A stretch of DNA of 51,032 nucleotides, the filler included, from Sphacelaria rigidula (taxonomy: Eukaryota), in NCBI GenBank assembly GCA_964200075.2. It is 3 parts of 3 records of this genome, joined end to end, with 100 filler letters (N's around TTAATTAATTAA, not from the genome) between each part and the next. Parts side by side here need not be neighbours in the genome. Positions count along the whole stretch, not along the records: positions 1 to 16,947 come from CAXNAA020001207.1; 2 more parts are not named here. The stretch is one strand, 5' to 3'. A program made the translations under genes and the position numbers. Numbering within the stretch: the stretch's first letter is position 1; every line of letters begins with the position of its first letter. Below the pieces are notes generated by a model. That model did not search any database. It saw nothing but the letters and a program-made list of their open reading frames with translations, and was not told where the DNA came from. Positions 1 to 13,260 of this stretch are shown piece after piece.

Positions 1-1099
1 TTCTGATTCGTCCACGCTACTAATTTTTCCAGATGGTTGAGAACATGAATGACGTGGACGTATCAGGTACAAGCAATTTCGATTCCACCGTACGTTTTCG
101 AGTCGAAAACAATTTGATCAAGACACGGCCTAAGTATCATACATCAACTTTTCTTCCAGATATGTCCACGTAGTCATTATCCAGACGAGTAGACGTACCC
201 GAGGTAAACGAAACGGCAATACACTCAGAAGGAAACTCGAGAAGGGGGAAAGACAAGAGGAAGAACAAATGGGATCAAGTGAGCAAGAACGAAACAAAAC
301 CGACACATCCTGGGCAATAGATTCTATTGTAAAAAAATGCACCGCGTACAGTATCGAATCTATTGTCTGCTGCAATAGGCGCAATAGTCAACACTGTGCA
401 CAGCACACTTTTTGACAGAGTATTCCATTGTCCAGGGTGTAAAAACTGAAGAAAAAAGGAGGATGGGGGGGGGGGGAAATAACAAGAGTACGAATAAGCA
501 GTCTCGATGATAAAAACAATACGAATGGTGGCATAAAAGGGAAAGAATGAACAGGTTTACAAAGCAGGAAATGTCGTGGAAGCGCATCGGGAACCATAAC
601 ATTTGAACATGAACCGTATCCACGGGCTCTGCAAGAGCGGGACACGAACACACCTACAGTATGAAGCTAGAACCAAAAAACGAAGGAAAAAAGAAAACAA
701 AACGAAACCACACAAAGAGCAAGAGAGAAACGGAAGCAGATAAGAAGGAGGGGGGAAAAGGAAAAGATTGATATCCAAAGACGAAGCAGAGTGTTTGTAG
801 GGATACAGCTAGGGACTGCAAGCCAACGGCAGAGGCCAATAACCGGCAACATAAGACAGGGGTGTTATCAGCTTTGTGACAACCCCCGCCTATCTCATTC
901 ATTCTTCGTCGGGTACAACGCGGCTGACGGTATTCTAGGACCCAAAAATATTTTTTCGCCCGCGGATGGACGCAGGTTTGAAAGCCAGCACGAAGGTGGT
1001 TTGCGCAGAGGAGAAGTCAACCGGGGGATGTCTTGACAAAAAAACATCGAAATCGAAATTGATGTTCATTTTCGATTTTCGACTTTCAATTTTCGATGG

Positions 1100-4000
1100 T
1101 GCAAAATGGCTTTGCCAACGTCCTCCAAAATACTTCGGAGGCGTGTGTGGTCTGGGCCCATGACGACAAACAGTTTTGGCAAACCACAGCCGATTCGAGA
1201 GGTTGCGACGCTGACCGGGAGAGATGCACTGCCTCCCGAACAATACTCGATATCCCTCACGATAGCTCTTACAAGAAAACGGTTTCACAATGATTCACCG
1301 GAGTAGAAGGGATGCCCGAACTTCTTTTTCAAGAGTGAACCTTTCCGGAGTAGAAGGGGTGGCCTGATCATGATTTTTGCTCACAGCCATCCTGAGTTTT
1401 TTTCATCATTTTTTTCTGTTTTTTTCATGGGACAGAGAATTCCCCCGTCCCGGCCGGTGGAAAATGTCTGCTCTTCGGAACCCATGATGTGCACGTTGGT
1501 GACGGCTTTTTGGTACGATAGTTTACAGCTCCTCGCCTCAGGCGGCACTTGTTGTGCACCAAATGTGGCTGTGCCTTGACCCTTTGAACGTCCGCAGATA
1601 GGCACCCGAGGCCTCAACCACCGGAAATCTTGTGTCACTCACGTCACTTTGTGCGGCCAGGATTTTGATTTGTTATTTCTAGGATCCTTCACGCAGAGAC
1701 TGGGTTGTAGGTCGATAATGCAGCACGTGAAACGTTCTACTATGCAGTTGTTGTTTCCACCCCCATGGCGATGTGGCTCGTCGATCAAAGAAAGGGAACC
1801 GGGTAGAGGTGTGAACTGGTTTGGCTAATCAGTTAACAGGTTGCAGAAAATTACAGACAGTTACAGTTACCAGTTACAACTGGATTACTGGTGGCAAAGC
1901 CGCGTCGCGACCGCCAGCATTGCCTAGTAAGGTAACGCGGCAGAGTCGCCTAACCCCCCCTCGCTGGTGAGGGGGGCCCGCCGGAGGCAAGAAAATTATG
2001 CCATTTGGCTCCACATCTCTTCAAAATCGCGGTAAATTTTATCTGCCTACCGCCAGCAATTCGAGCACGCAATCAGTGCACAAAAGTATACATGCATTGG
2101 AAAAAAAAGAAATGTCACTGAACTTTGCGCCGTGAATTAAAAAACGCAGCGGTGAGACAGTAGTGCACCATACATAGGGTCTAGGTGTAAGCGCTGTGCG
2201 GTCATGCCGTTGCCCTTGTAACAGCATCCCCACGGTCATTGTAGTTTGACAATACTTCGGAAATATTTATATGAATATGAAATATTTTTACACAAAACGC
2301 TTTGGAGTATGGCACATATGTCGGGTGAAATAACTGGTTCAACTGGTTTCGAAACCGGTCAGTCAACCAGTTGTACCAGTTAAGTGTAACTGACCAGTTA
2401 AACTGGCAGTCAGTTCACAACTCTAGAACTGGGAGCTTTTCTACAAAAAGACACCTTCTGTATTGGTCGCATACAGACTAGAAAAAAAGTGTCACCTCTA
2501 TTCCAAGTTTTTCGACCAATAACTGGATTTAGATGGCTCCAACAAACTATGACCATAGCTTGGGTGTAGGGTTCGATGGATACTTGAGGAGGGTATGATA
2601 TTTGCAGCGATACATAGCATTAGCTTCGCTTGGGTGTCATGCCCTGTGCAACAAGAAATACGTCATCCCGCAGACCTCGATTTGCGGTCTGCTTTCAGAT
2701 GATCTGCTCTAGTACCGAGAAAACGGCCACCCGACCAGCACGCGACTGCAGCTAAAACTGCAGTGTACTGATGGTCTTGCCTGTCTGTGTACGCGGTATA
2801 TCCAAAAGTAGCCTCCCTTAGTTCGACAGGTACCAAGTCTCCATCGAACAAGAAGGATGACTTGGGGCGCGATGGACTGCTAAGTTCGTGGCCTCGCCAG
2901 TGAAGCAATCGATCTGGTGTACAGTAGCGTACCCCTCTGTGTGTTGCACTGCGTGGACTCACGTTTTGTGACACGCGCCTTGCTGTACTGTCGATGGAAC
3001 CACATCCACGAGGGCAGCACTGATGAGTGAGCTCAATTCCCTTGTTCCGAAATCCTCAAAGTCCTCTCGCTTGCGTGCACATCGTTGCTTCAATCTTCGG
3101 CGCATTTGCAAAAGAAAAAAAGTACCAAACCACGCCCTGAAAAAAAAAAATGTGAGAATGGGCCCAGGCTCGAACTCATTTTTCGAAGTACACTCCCAGT
3201 GGTTCTTGCGGTTGTCTGTTGCTTTTTCGGCAAAAGGTTCTCACGGCCTGAGCTGTACGTTCAATATCCTGTTTGGACAAACGACACGATCGGGTACAAC
3301 CGAGAGACGTTTCAGCCCTAGCAGATACAGGCAATCGTGGTCTGGAATAAACTACGGCGCTCTGTCGAAGTCGCTGAATCGGATGCACGCCGTTTAACCC
3401 AAACACACGACCTGAACCAACACACAGGCAGGCTACGTTTTTTCTGTCGAACAAAAACTCAGGTTAATCTCTGCCAGCCCTGTACTATCTCTGGTCAGGT
3501 CTGGGGTTAGGTTTGGTGAAAAGGTTTCGATCGTTTTCTAAAATGAGGTCGGTGAAATGATCGGTGCTTGTGAATCGCCAGAATCACTCACAGTTGCTGC
3601 GAAAAAGATGCAACTTCCGCCACAAACAGTGAAATGCCGACGTTGACAGGAAGATCTGGGAGAGAAACGCGTCTGAAGCAGCTTTACGTAAAATGTATAA
3701 AGCGTTTTTTCGCCATGATCAGATACCCTGCTGCGTTGACCCAATCTGGTGGCGGAATAGTGAGCGAATCATTCCGAGTTGCAGTGGTCGTTGATCCCGC
3801 CGTTGTCCTTGCTACTTCTTACTTGCAAACAGCGCTGGTGGATTATCTTTCGCACTGTTGCTGGAATTTCGTGCGGGGGTAAGCAGGATGCCGTCGTGAC
3901 CCGGATACCTGCACATTTTGCTCGACGGGGATACGCGTGCCGGCAGCTGTAACCCATGACCATGACTGTTTAGCGGGACGACAATTCCGTGTTGCTGATG

Positions 4001-4950
4001 TGCGTGTGGCCAAGCTTTGACTGTCTTGTATTTCACCTTATTTTTTTTTCAACGTTGGCAAATGTCAGGATCCACTATATTTCGGACCAAAACTTTACTT
4101 CCTTACAAAAAACTGTTTTTCGTCAGCGGGCCGACATCGAGTTTGTTTCCCGTGGCTTGAATCGCGCGGTGCGGTCCGATCGAGATACACGGAAGTGCGC
4201 AGGCCGCTCGCACTCTAGTCAGATTGCTATGACGCTGAATCCATTTGAAATCTTCATGTATTTGTCCCTCGCCCGCCCGCCCGCTGCGACCTCGTGTGAC
4301 TTGCATTTTATTCGCTCGTGAAAAAAGCCAACATGATCAAAGGAATGAGGGAAGTAGAAGAAATGCTCATGTACAACATCGCGCAGGCGAAACTAAACGA
4401 GAGGGGCAATTACGGTGAGACCTCAGACCCCACATGTTGTGGACGCGCGGAGGGGAAAAGAAGAAAAAAAACATGGTCTGTTTTGCTTCTTTTGGTGTTT
4501 TGCCCATCTCGAATGAATATCCCACTTGGCGTGCAACGAATCTAAATCAGATGAAAGGCGAGGATGAGGGCGACTTTCATCGAAATGTTCCCGTTTATTT
4601 GGCTCTGCTGGGTCGCCGCCATGTGTATGCTTCGTTTTGAGCGTAGAGTTTCCCCCCCTGGCGAAGAGGCCATGGTGCATCCCTGTCATCGAGAGTACTT
4701 GCGTCGCTACCCAAATTTGTACAGAAGCACCAGTGTTGGATCGAGGCCGACCTTGGGGACAAGAAAGTCTAGAAAATTCCTCTCTGCGTGTCCCTTTGCG
4801 GTACCTCATCATTTGAAGGCAGAGACCTTTTTGCCTGGATTGAGGAGAACGCAGCAAGTAATGGTTCAGATATAACGCAGCAAGTGGTGGTTCAGATATG
4901 TTGCCAACCACTCAAGTACATTCATCCGCATGTTTTGCAACAGGCCGCCG
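1100..4950 (+). pseudogene. Decayed multi-exon gene, probably a Mutator-like (MULE) transposase
   Basis: Coding-like pieces with stops and frameshifts. MULE-like motifs occur in the expected order: HAPCCTVDGT (first catalytic D, ~2990), RCNFRHKQ*N (CxxH-like, ~3609), SRGLNRAVR (~4150), SACPFAVPHHL/GRDLFAWI (SWIM-like, ~4785-4840) and KYIHPH (~4915). Each match is weak alone, the boundaries are approximate, and no TIRs were found. Confidence 0.4.
1804..2425. mobile_element. Non-autonomous hAT-type element (622 bp)
   Basis: TIRs TAGAGGTGTGAACTG / CAGTTCACAACTCTA. 8-bp TSD GAACCGGG (1796-1803) / GAACTGGG (2426-2433). Subterminal CAGTTA/TAACTG repeats at both ends. Confidence 0.85.
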
Positions 4951-5082
4951 GTACGGCCGCCGGTACACCTGCCTCCCCTCTGTGCGGAAAACAGAATTCA
5001 CGGAGTGTTTCCGTTGTGCCACCGTCGCAATCTGCACTACATGCACTACTTCGTGGCGGGGAAGCGAAGCCGTCCTCTGAAC

Positions 5083-5114
5083 CCCCGCCCCCGCCCCCGC
5101 CCCCGCCCCCGCCC
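5083..5114. repeat. (CCCCGC)n microsatellite
   Basis: Seen directly in the sequence. Confidence 0.9.
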
Positions 5115-6492
5115 GTTTGCCGGCGGGTATCGTCGCCTTCCCGTTTTATGCAGCTGTGAAATTGTCCACTAAAAATGTCCAAGCAGACAACGATGTGGTG
5201 CAGGTGGAGGAAATCACAAGCAAGACTGCCGCGTTGCCTGACGACGTGGAGGTTACGCCACCATCAAAATCGTCGACACGTCCGCCTTCACATTAGATAT
5301 ATGTAAAGTTGTTGAGAGTCTGCGGTCGGAGATGCTAGTCAAGTGTGTGGTGTTTAAGTTGGGTGAGCATGGGGTACGGAGCGTCCAATAACTACCTCTG
5401 GGGTTCACTTGATATGTGTTGTAAGGGGGTTAGTTGCAGCCTGACTTTGTCGATGTAGCCGTGGAGTTGAATGAAGTCGGTGGCTGTGGCGATGCCAGTT
5501 TTTGTGTATTTAAGATTGTGTGAGTCAGTTTATGAAGCATCATTTTGGGGGGTTTCGTTGCTTCTTCGACGTTGTCTGATGCGGCACGTGCTTCCCCCCT
5601 CGAACGTGCTTGCTGTTTTGCCTTTTTTATTTGCTGTCATGAGGCGCCACGTCTTCGGCCATGGTGAAGGAAAAACCGGAAATAGTGCGGTATCTCTGTT
5701 CACTTTGATATGGCCCCGAGAGGCATTTCCCCCGCCCGTTGTGAAAGTCAACGTTTTGCACCCGAAAGGCTGTGCCAATCGGAGAGGTCGGCTTCATTTC
5801 CGACAAGGTATGACATCCGTTGATAGGATGTGGTATTACAATGCCTTCTCCATGTCATCGTGAAACGCAGCATTCTCCCAGCCCTCCGTCAGCGGATACA
5901 ATTCCCCAGAGCGAGAAATAAGATAGGCATCCGCACCTTTTGTGTTGAAGACGAGCATGGGCAAGAGCATCTGTCTGATACAGTTGCGGACCCAGAAGAG
6001 GCAACAGAAACGGCACCAGGGTTGACCGTGCACAAAAAAGGCACTGGGCGTGACTTGAGGACCCACAGAAAAGCAAGAAACAAGCAACAACGCATTGTTT
6101 CTTCCTCGTGGTACCCTCTGCACTGCTAGCCTGGCCCATCGCCCTCTAACCAGAATGGTTTGCAGCCTGTAGTTGTCTCACGAATATGAAGTCGTCTGTG
6201 TTCAGAGGTAATAATCGTAGTTTTTCATGGCCAAGCATCATGATGAGAAATGTCCCCACCCTGGATATTATACGGTCAAAATATGCAATATGGAAAAAAA
6301 AATGTGCTGGATACAAAGTATATGCCTATTGCAACTATTGGCGGCCGATAATAGTTGCAATAGGTCTATACTTGACCCGGTACACTTGTCTATTGCATCT
6401 ATTTACCATGTATTTTCCAGGGTGCGGAAATATCCAGAGTTGTGGGTGAACTTCCAGGTGAAAATAGAGAACGTCACAAGTGTGTACGCTTA

Positions 6493-6667
6493 GGCCAACC
6501 CTTATGGGAGCGTTTAGAATTTTAATTCGCATTATTTTCAAACGACTTTTTTTTTTTCTTTCACGTAGTTGTGTATGTTGTGCCCGTTCACCATGATGAC
6601 AAAAAAAAAAAAACTCCTATGAAATTGTTGCAAAATAAAATTTCAAACGCTCCGATAAGAGTTGCCC
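6493..6667. mobile_element. PIF/Harbinger (Tourist-like) MITE, 175 bp
   Basis: About 48-bp imperfect TIRs GGCCAACCCTTATGGGAGCGTTT / AAACGCTCCGATAAGAGTTGCCC, with TTA on both flanks (6490-6492, 6668-6670). Confidence 0.8.
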
Positions 6668-8381
6668 TTAGCGGAACAAACTCCCGCGCGCAGTCTAAGG
6701 GTTTATCCACATCGTGATGTTTTATGGCTTTATGGGGAAAGGGAAAAATCACAGATGTATGCACTTGGTCGAACAGATCGCTTTGGATCAATTTCAGATC
6801 AACGCGCGTGCGTAAATGTATATGGCTAGGAATTCAAAGCGCTGGTCGTGCGCGTTCCCTGGGAAAACGGCTTGCGTTTGGTGGGCTGATGTTGCTGCCT
6901 TGCCCGGATTTCCCCCAAGCGGTGAAGCCCACAGAAGGGATGCGCTCCTGCGCGATGGACGCTGCGTGTTTACGGCCGTGGCGAACCGGGGGCATCGAGA
7001 CGCTGGCTCCAAGTAATATGACCAGTGATGACCCTTCAGCTGCCGAGATATGGTCGTTTCCCAGTGAACCTCCATGTGCCACCACGAGCTGGGCCGGCGA
7101 ACACAAAAAAGCACGTCCACCGAACATACTTTTAAGAACAGCGGCATCACCGCACCAGGTGAACATGTTCCTGTGATGGAGAGATCGCCATGCATGTGCT
7201 TCGACACCTCGCAGTATAATTGCACTTATTCTGCAAAAAATCATACGAACATTTCGAAGCAGAAACAAGACGCATCTATAATAGCGGGAATCGAGCCTAC
7301 GCTCTCCCCACCCTCATAATGGTGACAGTCCACCCATTAGACCTCCGACTAGTACTGTGCGATCACGCCAAAACGATGATACGTGGCCTAATTTTTCACA
7401 CGCCGGACAGCTCATGAGCAGCCTGAATATTCCCAAACCCGCCATGACCTTCGAAGAGGCATCCGTGCCCCGACTTAATTAGTGCATTTATCCGGATCAT
7501 GAGCAAGCTCATCTGGCGCCCTTTTCCAAATTTGCTCCCTACAGCGCTGGACGCGGAGAAGCACGAAGAAAGGTAGAGCTCCGACTTCTCGGACCCTGCT
7601 GTAACGTATTTTGTTTGTTTGGACGAGGAATCTGAGGTTCCTCTTCGATCACTTATGTCAGATATTGCTCAGGAGCTGTCCGACGTGCGTGTGCAATTTT
7701 CGATTTGGGGGGTCAAATTTTGACACTATTTAAAGAGAAACGACACATACATGTTTCATCTGATCTTGAACATTTACTTCTCATCATGTTTTTCAATAAT
7801 AATTAATTCTTCCTCAACCCCCCTCAGGAGGCGCAGAATGCACTTTTCTCAGTGGGTTACGAAGCATCGCGCTGGGCATCTTGCACCGACGACTCCAATG
7901 CTTTCTCACCGCATGCGTTCACAGTGAGCGGGCGTTGGCAACTTGGGATCCGGCAGTCAATATTAGGCTTGAAGATTAAATAGACGTACTGAAGCCGTAG
8001 TCCACGGAAGCAAAAACTTATCTGGTGCAGGTCAGAAGAAGGGTCCATGCACGACGGGGGATCCGATAAATTATTTTCGAGGCGGGAACTTCGGGCACGA
8101 TTACCTCGTTCTGGCGTCCGATGGCCGACAACTACTACAGTAGTAACTACTGTAGATCGGCTTCGTTCAGCGTCGTCGTAGGGGATTGTCGCAGTATTTT
8201 TTTCCGTCGTGGGGCACTGAAGGGGTGGGTGATGCAAACACCCGAGGGATCGAAGGCTATCGGACCGAGTCACGGTACACGCATCTAAGGGTATTAAAGA
8301 TCGAAGCCACCAGGAATTTTGTTCATGTACGTCACTTTGTTGACTGTGCGACTTGTAAACAATTGCAAGATTGTGTTCTGG

Positions 8382-9150
8382 AGGGTGCGATTTTTGTATA
8401 CCCGAGGGATTCACTACCAGGGTAATACCCGTACCCAACAGTCCTGTGAGATCTGCACGATAAGGTATACTCTTGTAGGAATACCCAGTTGTAGGTCATA
8501 GGTTTTTGTGAAACCCCCACACCGTACCCGGCACGTTGGGCCAGTTCTGGGGGATTTTCAAAACGGTACCCGACAGTTGTGAGTTCTGTGAGAAACCTCA
8601 AACCCTACCAAAATATCTATTCTTATAACATCCCACACAGCCTTAGAATTTTTTCCTCTTCAACCGTCCTCAGGGAATCATAGGAGGAAAATAGAAAGAC
8701 CGAAACCAAACCCGAGCCCAACCATGCGTAAGAACCATGGTGTATCGGAAGCATGATTTCGGAATATTTCAAGAATATATTACATATGGTGCGAATCGTT
8801 GTATCGCTTGGGCATCTCCCGTACGTGACACAAGCTCTGTGAGTTCTGTAAGCCTCCCACACAAAACATGAGTACCCGACAGTTCTGTAAGATATGCCCA
8901 AAATATTTACCCTCACCCGGGGCACGGGTAAACCCTGTATATCTACCCAGTTGCGGGTAAGAGTTTCAGTACAACCTCCGTACCGGTACCTGACAGGTTC
9001 TGAGAGTCCCGAAAGAACTTGATACCGGCACATGACAGTGGTTCGGTAAATTTTGTTGGATGGACTAAACCGGTGCCCGATAGTTCTGTGAGTCCTGTAA
9101 GAATTCCCATACCCTACCGAACATACCCGTACCCCCAAGGATCTGTATCG
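8382..9150. repeat. Degenerate internally repetitive element (ACCCGTACCC / CAGTTCTGTGAGTTCTGTAAG motifs), probably a DNA transposon relic
   Basis: Many diverged copies of these motifs. Termini and TSD not resolved. Confidence 0.55.
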
Positions 9151-9969
9151 CAAAAAAAACTGGACACGTAGGCCCCAAGATCGAAAAATTGAGTTTTTGA
9201 GGGGTTGGGGGGGGTGGGATACCCAGCCTGCTGTCCCCTGGTTTATTGCCGAGGCGTTGGGGGATGCGGTCAGCTGTCGTGTAAAGAGATCCTTGGCATG
9301 GAAACCGATGATATGGCGGACACGCGGCCCCCTCAAGCTCATCACTGACCATGATAGCATTTATGATAATATCATGTTCCGTGTCGTGTGCCTCTAATAT
9401 CCACCAGTAGTCCGGGCAAGTTTGGCGAAGCGTGAGATAATGTTGCTACCCTGGGTTCAAGCTGTCGCTTCCGTGCACTAGTGTGCATTCATGTGTTCGA
9501 GTGAGCATGGCCGGCATCCGAGGTCATCGGGAAAGAGCGAGCAAGGAGCAGAAGCAAATATACGAACCTCGCAAGGCCCACCAGACTTTTCGGATTTTAA
9601 CAGTGTTTCTTATCAATTTCTTCAAAAATACTAGAAAAAAAACGTGACACGTTTCGAAAAATTAGCCTCCGGGAGAGAGGAGGAGGGGGGAGGGGGGGAG
9701 GGAGGGGGCCCGTGTCTGAAGTTCTTCACTCGAGAGACCATTGCCATTCCCTACAGAAAACAGAACCTTGAAATATTGGATGCATGCACAGAAGAAACAA
9801 GATGTCCGCGGTCAAAGTTCACATCATGGATGGTGTCAATCGACGCAATGAGAGCAAAAGAGCAGCGTCAAGAGAACGAATTGGGGGTGGCTCGAAATCC
9901 TAGTAGGGATTAACGCGTGTGTTACTTTTCGCGAAATCTCCGAATTTTTCGGGGGGACAAAACTTTCCA

Positions 9970-10300
9970 AAAATGTGAGAGCAGGTTCCTCGACCGGTCA
10001 GGCAATAAATGGATTCAAGAGTGACAACAGAGTTCTCTCAAAATCTTGCGTCCGACCTTCTCTAGCTTTTTTTTTTCGGGGACTGAGGAGAAAAGAACCG
10101 ATTTTCTCGGGAGAAGTAATATCCGATTTTTTTTTCAACTCTTCAGATATGTACGAGCAAAATTCTCGATCGATTAGGCAATATTTTGATCCAAGAGTGA
10201 CTACAGGGTTCTCTCAACATCTTGCGTCCGAACTTCTTTTTGGCTTTTTTTTTCGGGGACGTTGGAGAAAAAATTCCGTTTTTTCGGGAGACGTGAAGAA
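9970..10300. repeat. About 176-bp tandem duplication in AT-rich DNA
   Basis: CAAGAGTGAC..CAG.GTTCTCTCAA.ATCTTGCGTCCGA at 10016 and 10192. A more diverged partial copy lies near 11005. Confidence 0.8.
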
Positions 10301-11247
10301 GAAACTGAGAACATACTGCCCCGTTAAGACCGTGTTTTAGACTGTTCCTCACGCTCGGTATTGGGGGGAAGGGGCTATTTTCCAGTTTTTGGACATGCTA
10401 CACTGTTTTCGGCATCGAACAGGGCATATCGCCATCACATCATATCTTGGACACTTTGCATTACCCCACCGGGAGGAGTCTAGCCCACTTTTCCCGTTTG
10501 CTTAGCTCCGAGATTTCGAGTGTGATCTCTGAGCGAAAATATCAGTGGACAAAAAAGTGTTGTGTAAAATGTGCCAAAACTAAAAAATACACGCCCCTCG
10601 AAAAACAGCCGTAGGAAACGATCTGAAGGCCGCTTCCTGTGACGAACGAGGAAAGACCCTGTAAAACTGCTTTTTTTATCCTTCTGCACTATTTTGAAGG
10701 CTAGGCGGATGTTGACACCTTGGAATGCCTTGCTATACTCGTAGAGACGTCTCGGGCTTGGCCAAAAGAGAAACTACGTCCACCGGAAAACGCGAAGGCT
10801 TCTCAGAACTCTCTCATCAAGTATAATAAGGTACTCCTAGGTGTCCACATCCGCCTCGCCCTCTTTTTAGGGCGTAAAATGACGCAGAAAGACCAGAACA
10901 GCACTTTTTCGGGATCTGTTTTCGAGTGAAACGGTCTTGACAGAGCATTTTTTCAGCTTTTTTCTCGCGTTTGCGCAAAAAAAAAACGGCAAGTGGGGAA
11001 CGGTCTGAGAGCAGATTTTCATAACGTCAGGCAAAAGATGAATACAAGACGACCTACTCATTGCTTCGAAGAACTAGTGAAGGGTTTATCATCATTAGTC
11101 GAAGAAAAACTTCAACTCCGGGGAAAAGTCGGAAAACTCTGAAAAACAGTCACCCAACAAGACCCCTTGATCTCTGTGCCAAATCACACATGCCGCGATC
11201 CACGAAGGCTCAACTTTTGCTTCAATGACCCACCGCATTGTCCGCAA

Positions 11248-11270
11248 CACACACACACACACACACACAC
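11248..11270. repeat. (CA)n microsatellite
   Basis: Seen directly in the sequence. Confidence 0.95.
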
Positions 11271-12946
11271 TACTCTCTAAAAAAAAAACATGACTTCCTA
11301 CGCAAGGCACACGAGCCATGCCCACTCCGCAAGCGTGAAACAAAACCCGCCTCCTGTCTTGATCACACGACACGTATCCACGATGCCTTCGACTACTCTA
11401 CCGGGCTCGTCTACCCTGACGCTCCACTACCGCAGCTACATAGCCAAGTGCCCTGCTCTAGCCCGTGCAACCGCTTCGCCACCGAAACAAACCCCAGTGG
11501 GACAACCGGTATTTTTGCCACCCATACAACCGCACGACAATAACAGCGGCGGGGAACCCCATAGCCAACGAAATAACACATGTCCGCGCAACGCGCCCCG
11601 CACCCCCAGCCCCCCCACGCGCCAGTGAGCCCCACAGCAGCACAGCAGCAGCACAAAGGAGAAACAATGAAAAATAGAGGCCGGATGCAACATGCCCCAA
11701 TGCAACGCACATTCATGCCGCCGAGTTGCCACATGGGGAATACGCAAATGCACAAGAGGGGGGTTAGAACAGAGCGATGGCTCGGGAAGAGGGGAAAGAG
11801 GGGGCGAGCAGGGCAAGAGTAAACAGCGAAAACAAGAACGAGAAACAGGCATAGCATCGAGAAAACAGGTGCAGTTGTAGACCGTTGCAGTACCGAGCAA
11901 TTATACTCTCGAGTGTTTCCTTTCATGTTTCTCGGTGAAAAGGATATTACCGCACGTCTTTCTGTCGCGCTTGATTGCCAACTTTCGCCTTTCGCCAGGG
12001 AACACACGTGGCGTTTTCTGTAAGTCAACACGGTGTGACGGTCGTCTGTCTCAGCATCAAAAGTCACACGAAGAAGTCACAAAACATGGAGCACGGAAAA
12101 CTGCCAAGGAAAGAAACAACAACAACAACAACAAACATGAAGCATCAAGAAAAAATGTGAACAGTTTCAATACACCTCAGCACTTGCATAGAGGTGGGAA
12201 ACATAAGAAAACCTCAACTGACAAAACATTTCAGTCACCTGAGGAAGCCGCGCCGATATCTCGCACCCCGCAAGACCGCCCCGCCGCCCGTGCAAAGCTG
12301 GCCACGCCAAAACGTCGTGGAAGCACGCTGCATGGGCAGGGATCGGAGGGCACAGGGGGGGGGCGGGGGGCGAGGGCAAACAGACAACACACGCGCGACC
12401 CAGCGGCGCCCCGGCGTAGCATGGTAGCCAGCATCGACACGCCGCACTCGCAATACACGGCGGTCGGTGCGTAGAGGGTGGCACGGCACCATTCCACAAC
12501 ACGGGCAACAGAAGGAGGCGTAAGTGGTAAATCAAGCGCAGCCCGCAAGCTCACATTTGCGGCGATTGCAACGGGGTACAAAGTATCTTACCTGTGTGGG
12601 GTACGGAGTGGCATGGCGGGTGGGTTGGCTATAGACAAAACCGGCAACAAAAGAGGGCGCAATTAAAATCTCCTCAACCCCCAGCGAGTGTTTTCATCAA
12701 AGTATTTGCACCCAAACTCCGTGAAAGTCCTTCACACATGCTACCGGACTCTGCCCCTTACGAACAAAAAAAAATCGCCTGTGAGGTAGTAGACAACACA
12801 CAACACACACAAGGTTCCGCGAGGACAACGTGCGCATCGCAAGTCCAACCTGCGACACGTTCACAGCGAATCAAACCTGACATCCTCGCCGGCGATGAGT
12901 GGTTTTTCTTGCTGCGCGCGTGAGATACACGCAGACAGGGCGACGC

Positions 12947-12950
<4 letters not shown>

Positions 12951-12983
<33 letters not shown>
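12951..12983. repeat. (CA)n microsatellite
   Basis: Seen directly in the sequence. Confidence 0.95.
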
Positions 12984-12987
<4 letters not shown>

Positions 12988-13260
12988 CAAAAGCCATGTC
13001 GGCGACCGATCCCAGACGAAACACGGGAGATGATAAAAGACGAACGAAAAACCAAGACTAGGGCAGATCTTCACGCATGACCAACACGGCCTCGCTTTGC
13101 CTTGCGCTTCTATGCGGTTTCGGGACACTGTCAGACACAAGATTTAACGTTTAGAGTACGCAGATGACATCCTCCTCCCTTCTCGCGCGGTGAGACAAGA
13201 CAAGACAGGACAGGACAAAATACAACGTCGCCCAGGCACTGGCGCATCGCTCGGCCTGAC

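Noticed and set aside
7070-7145. Fanzor/TnpB C-terminus (CATTSW...ARPPNILL)
   Set aside because: Lacks the DRD.NAA.NI motif, the zinc ribbon and the upstream RuvC motifs.
8623-9360. 245-aa minus-strand ORF
   Set aside because: Runs through a degenerate repeat element and has no protein-like features.
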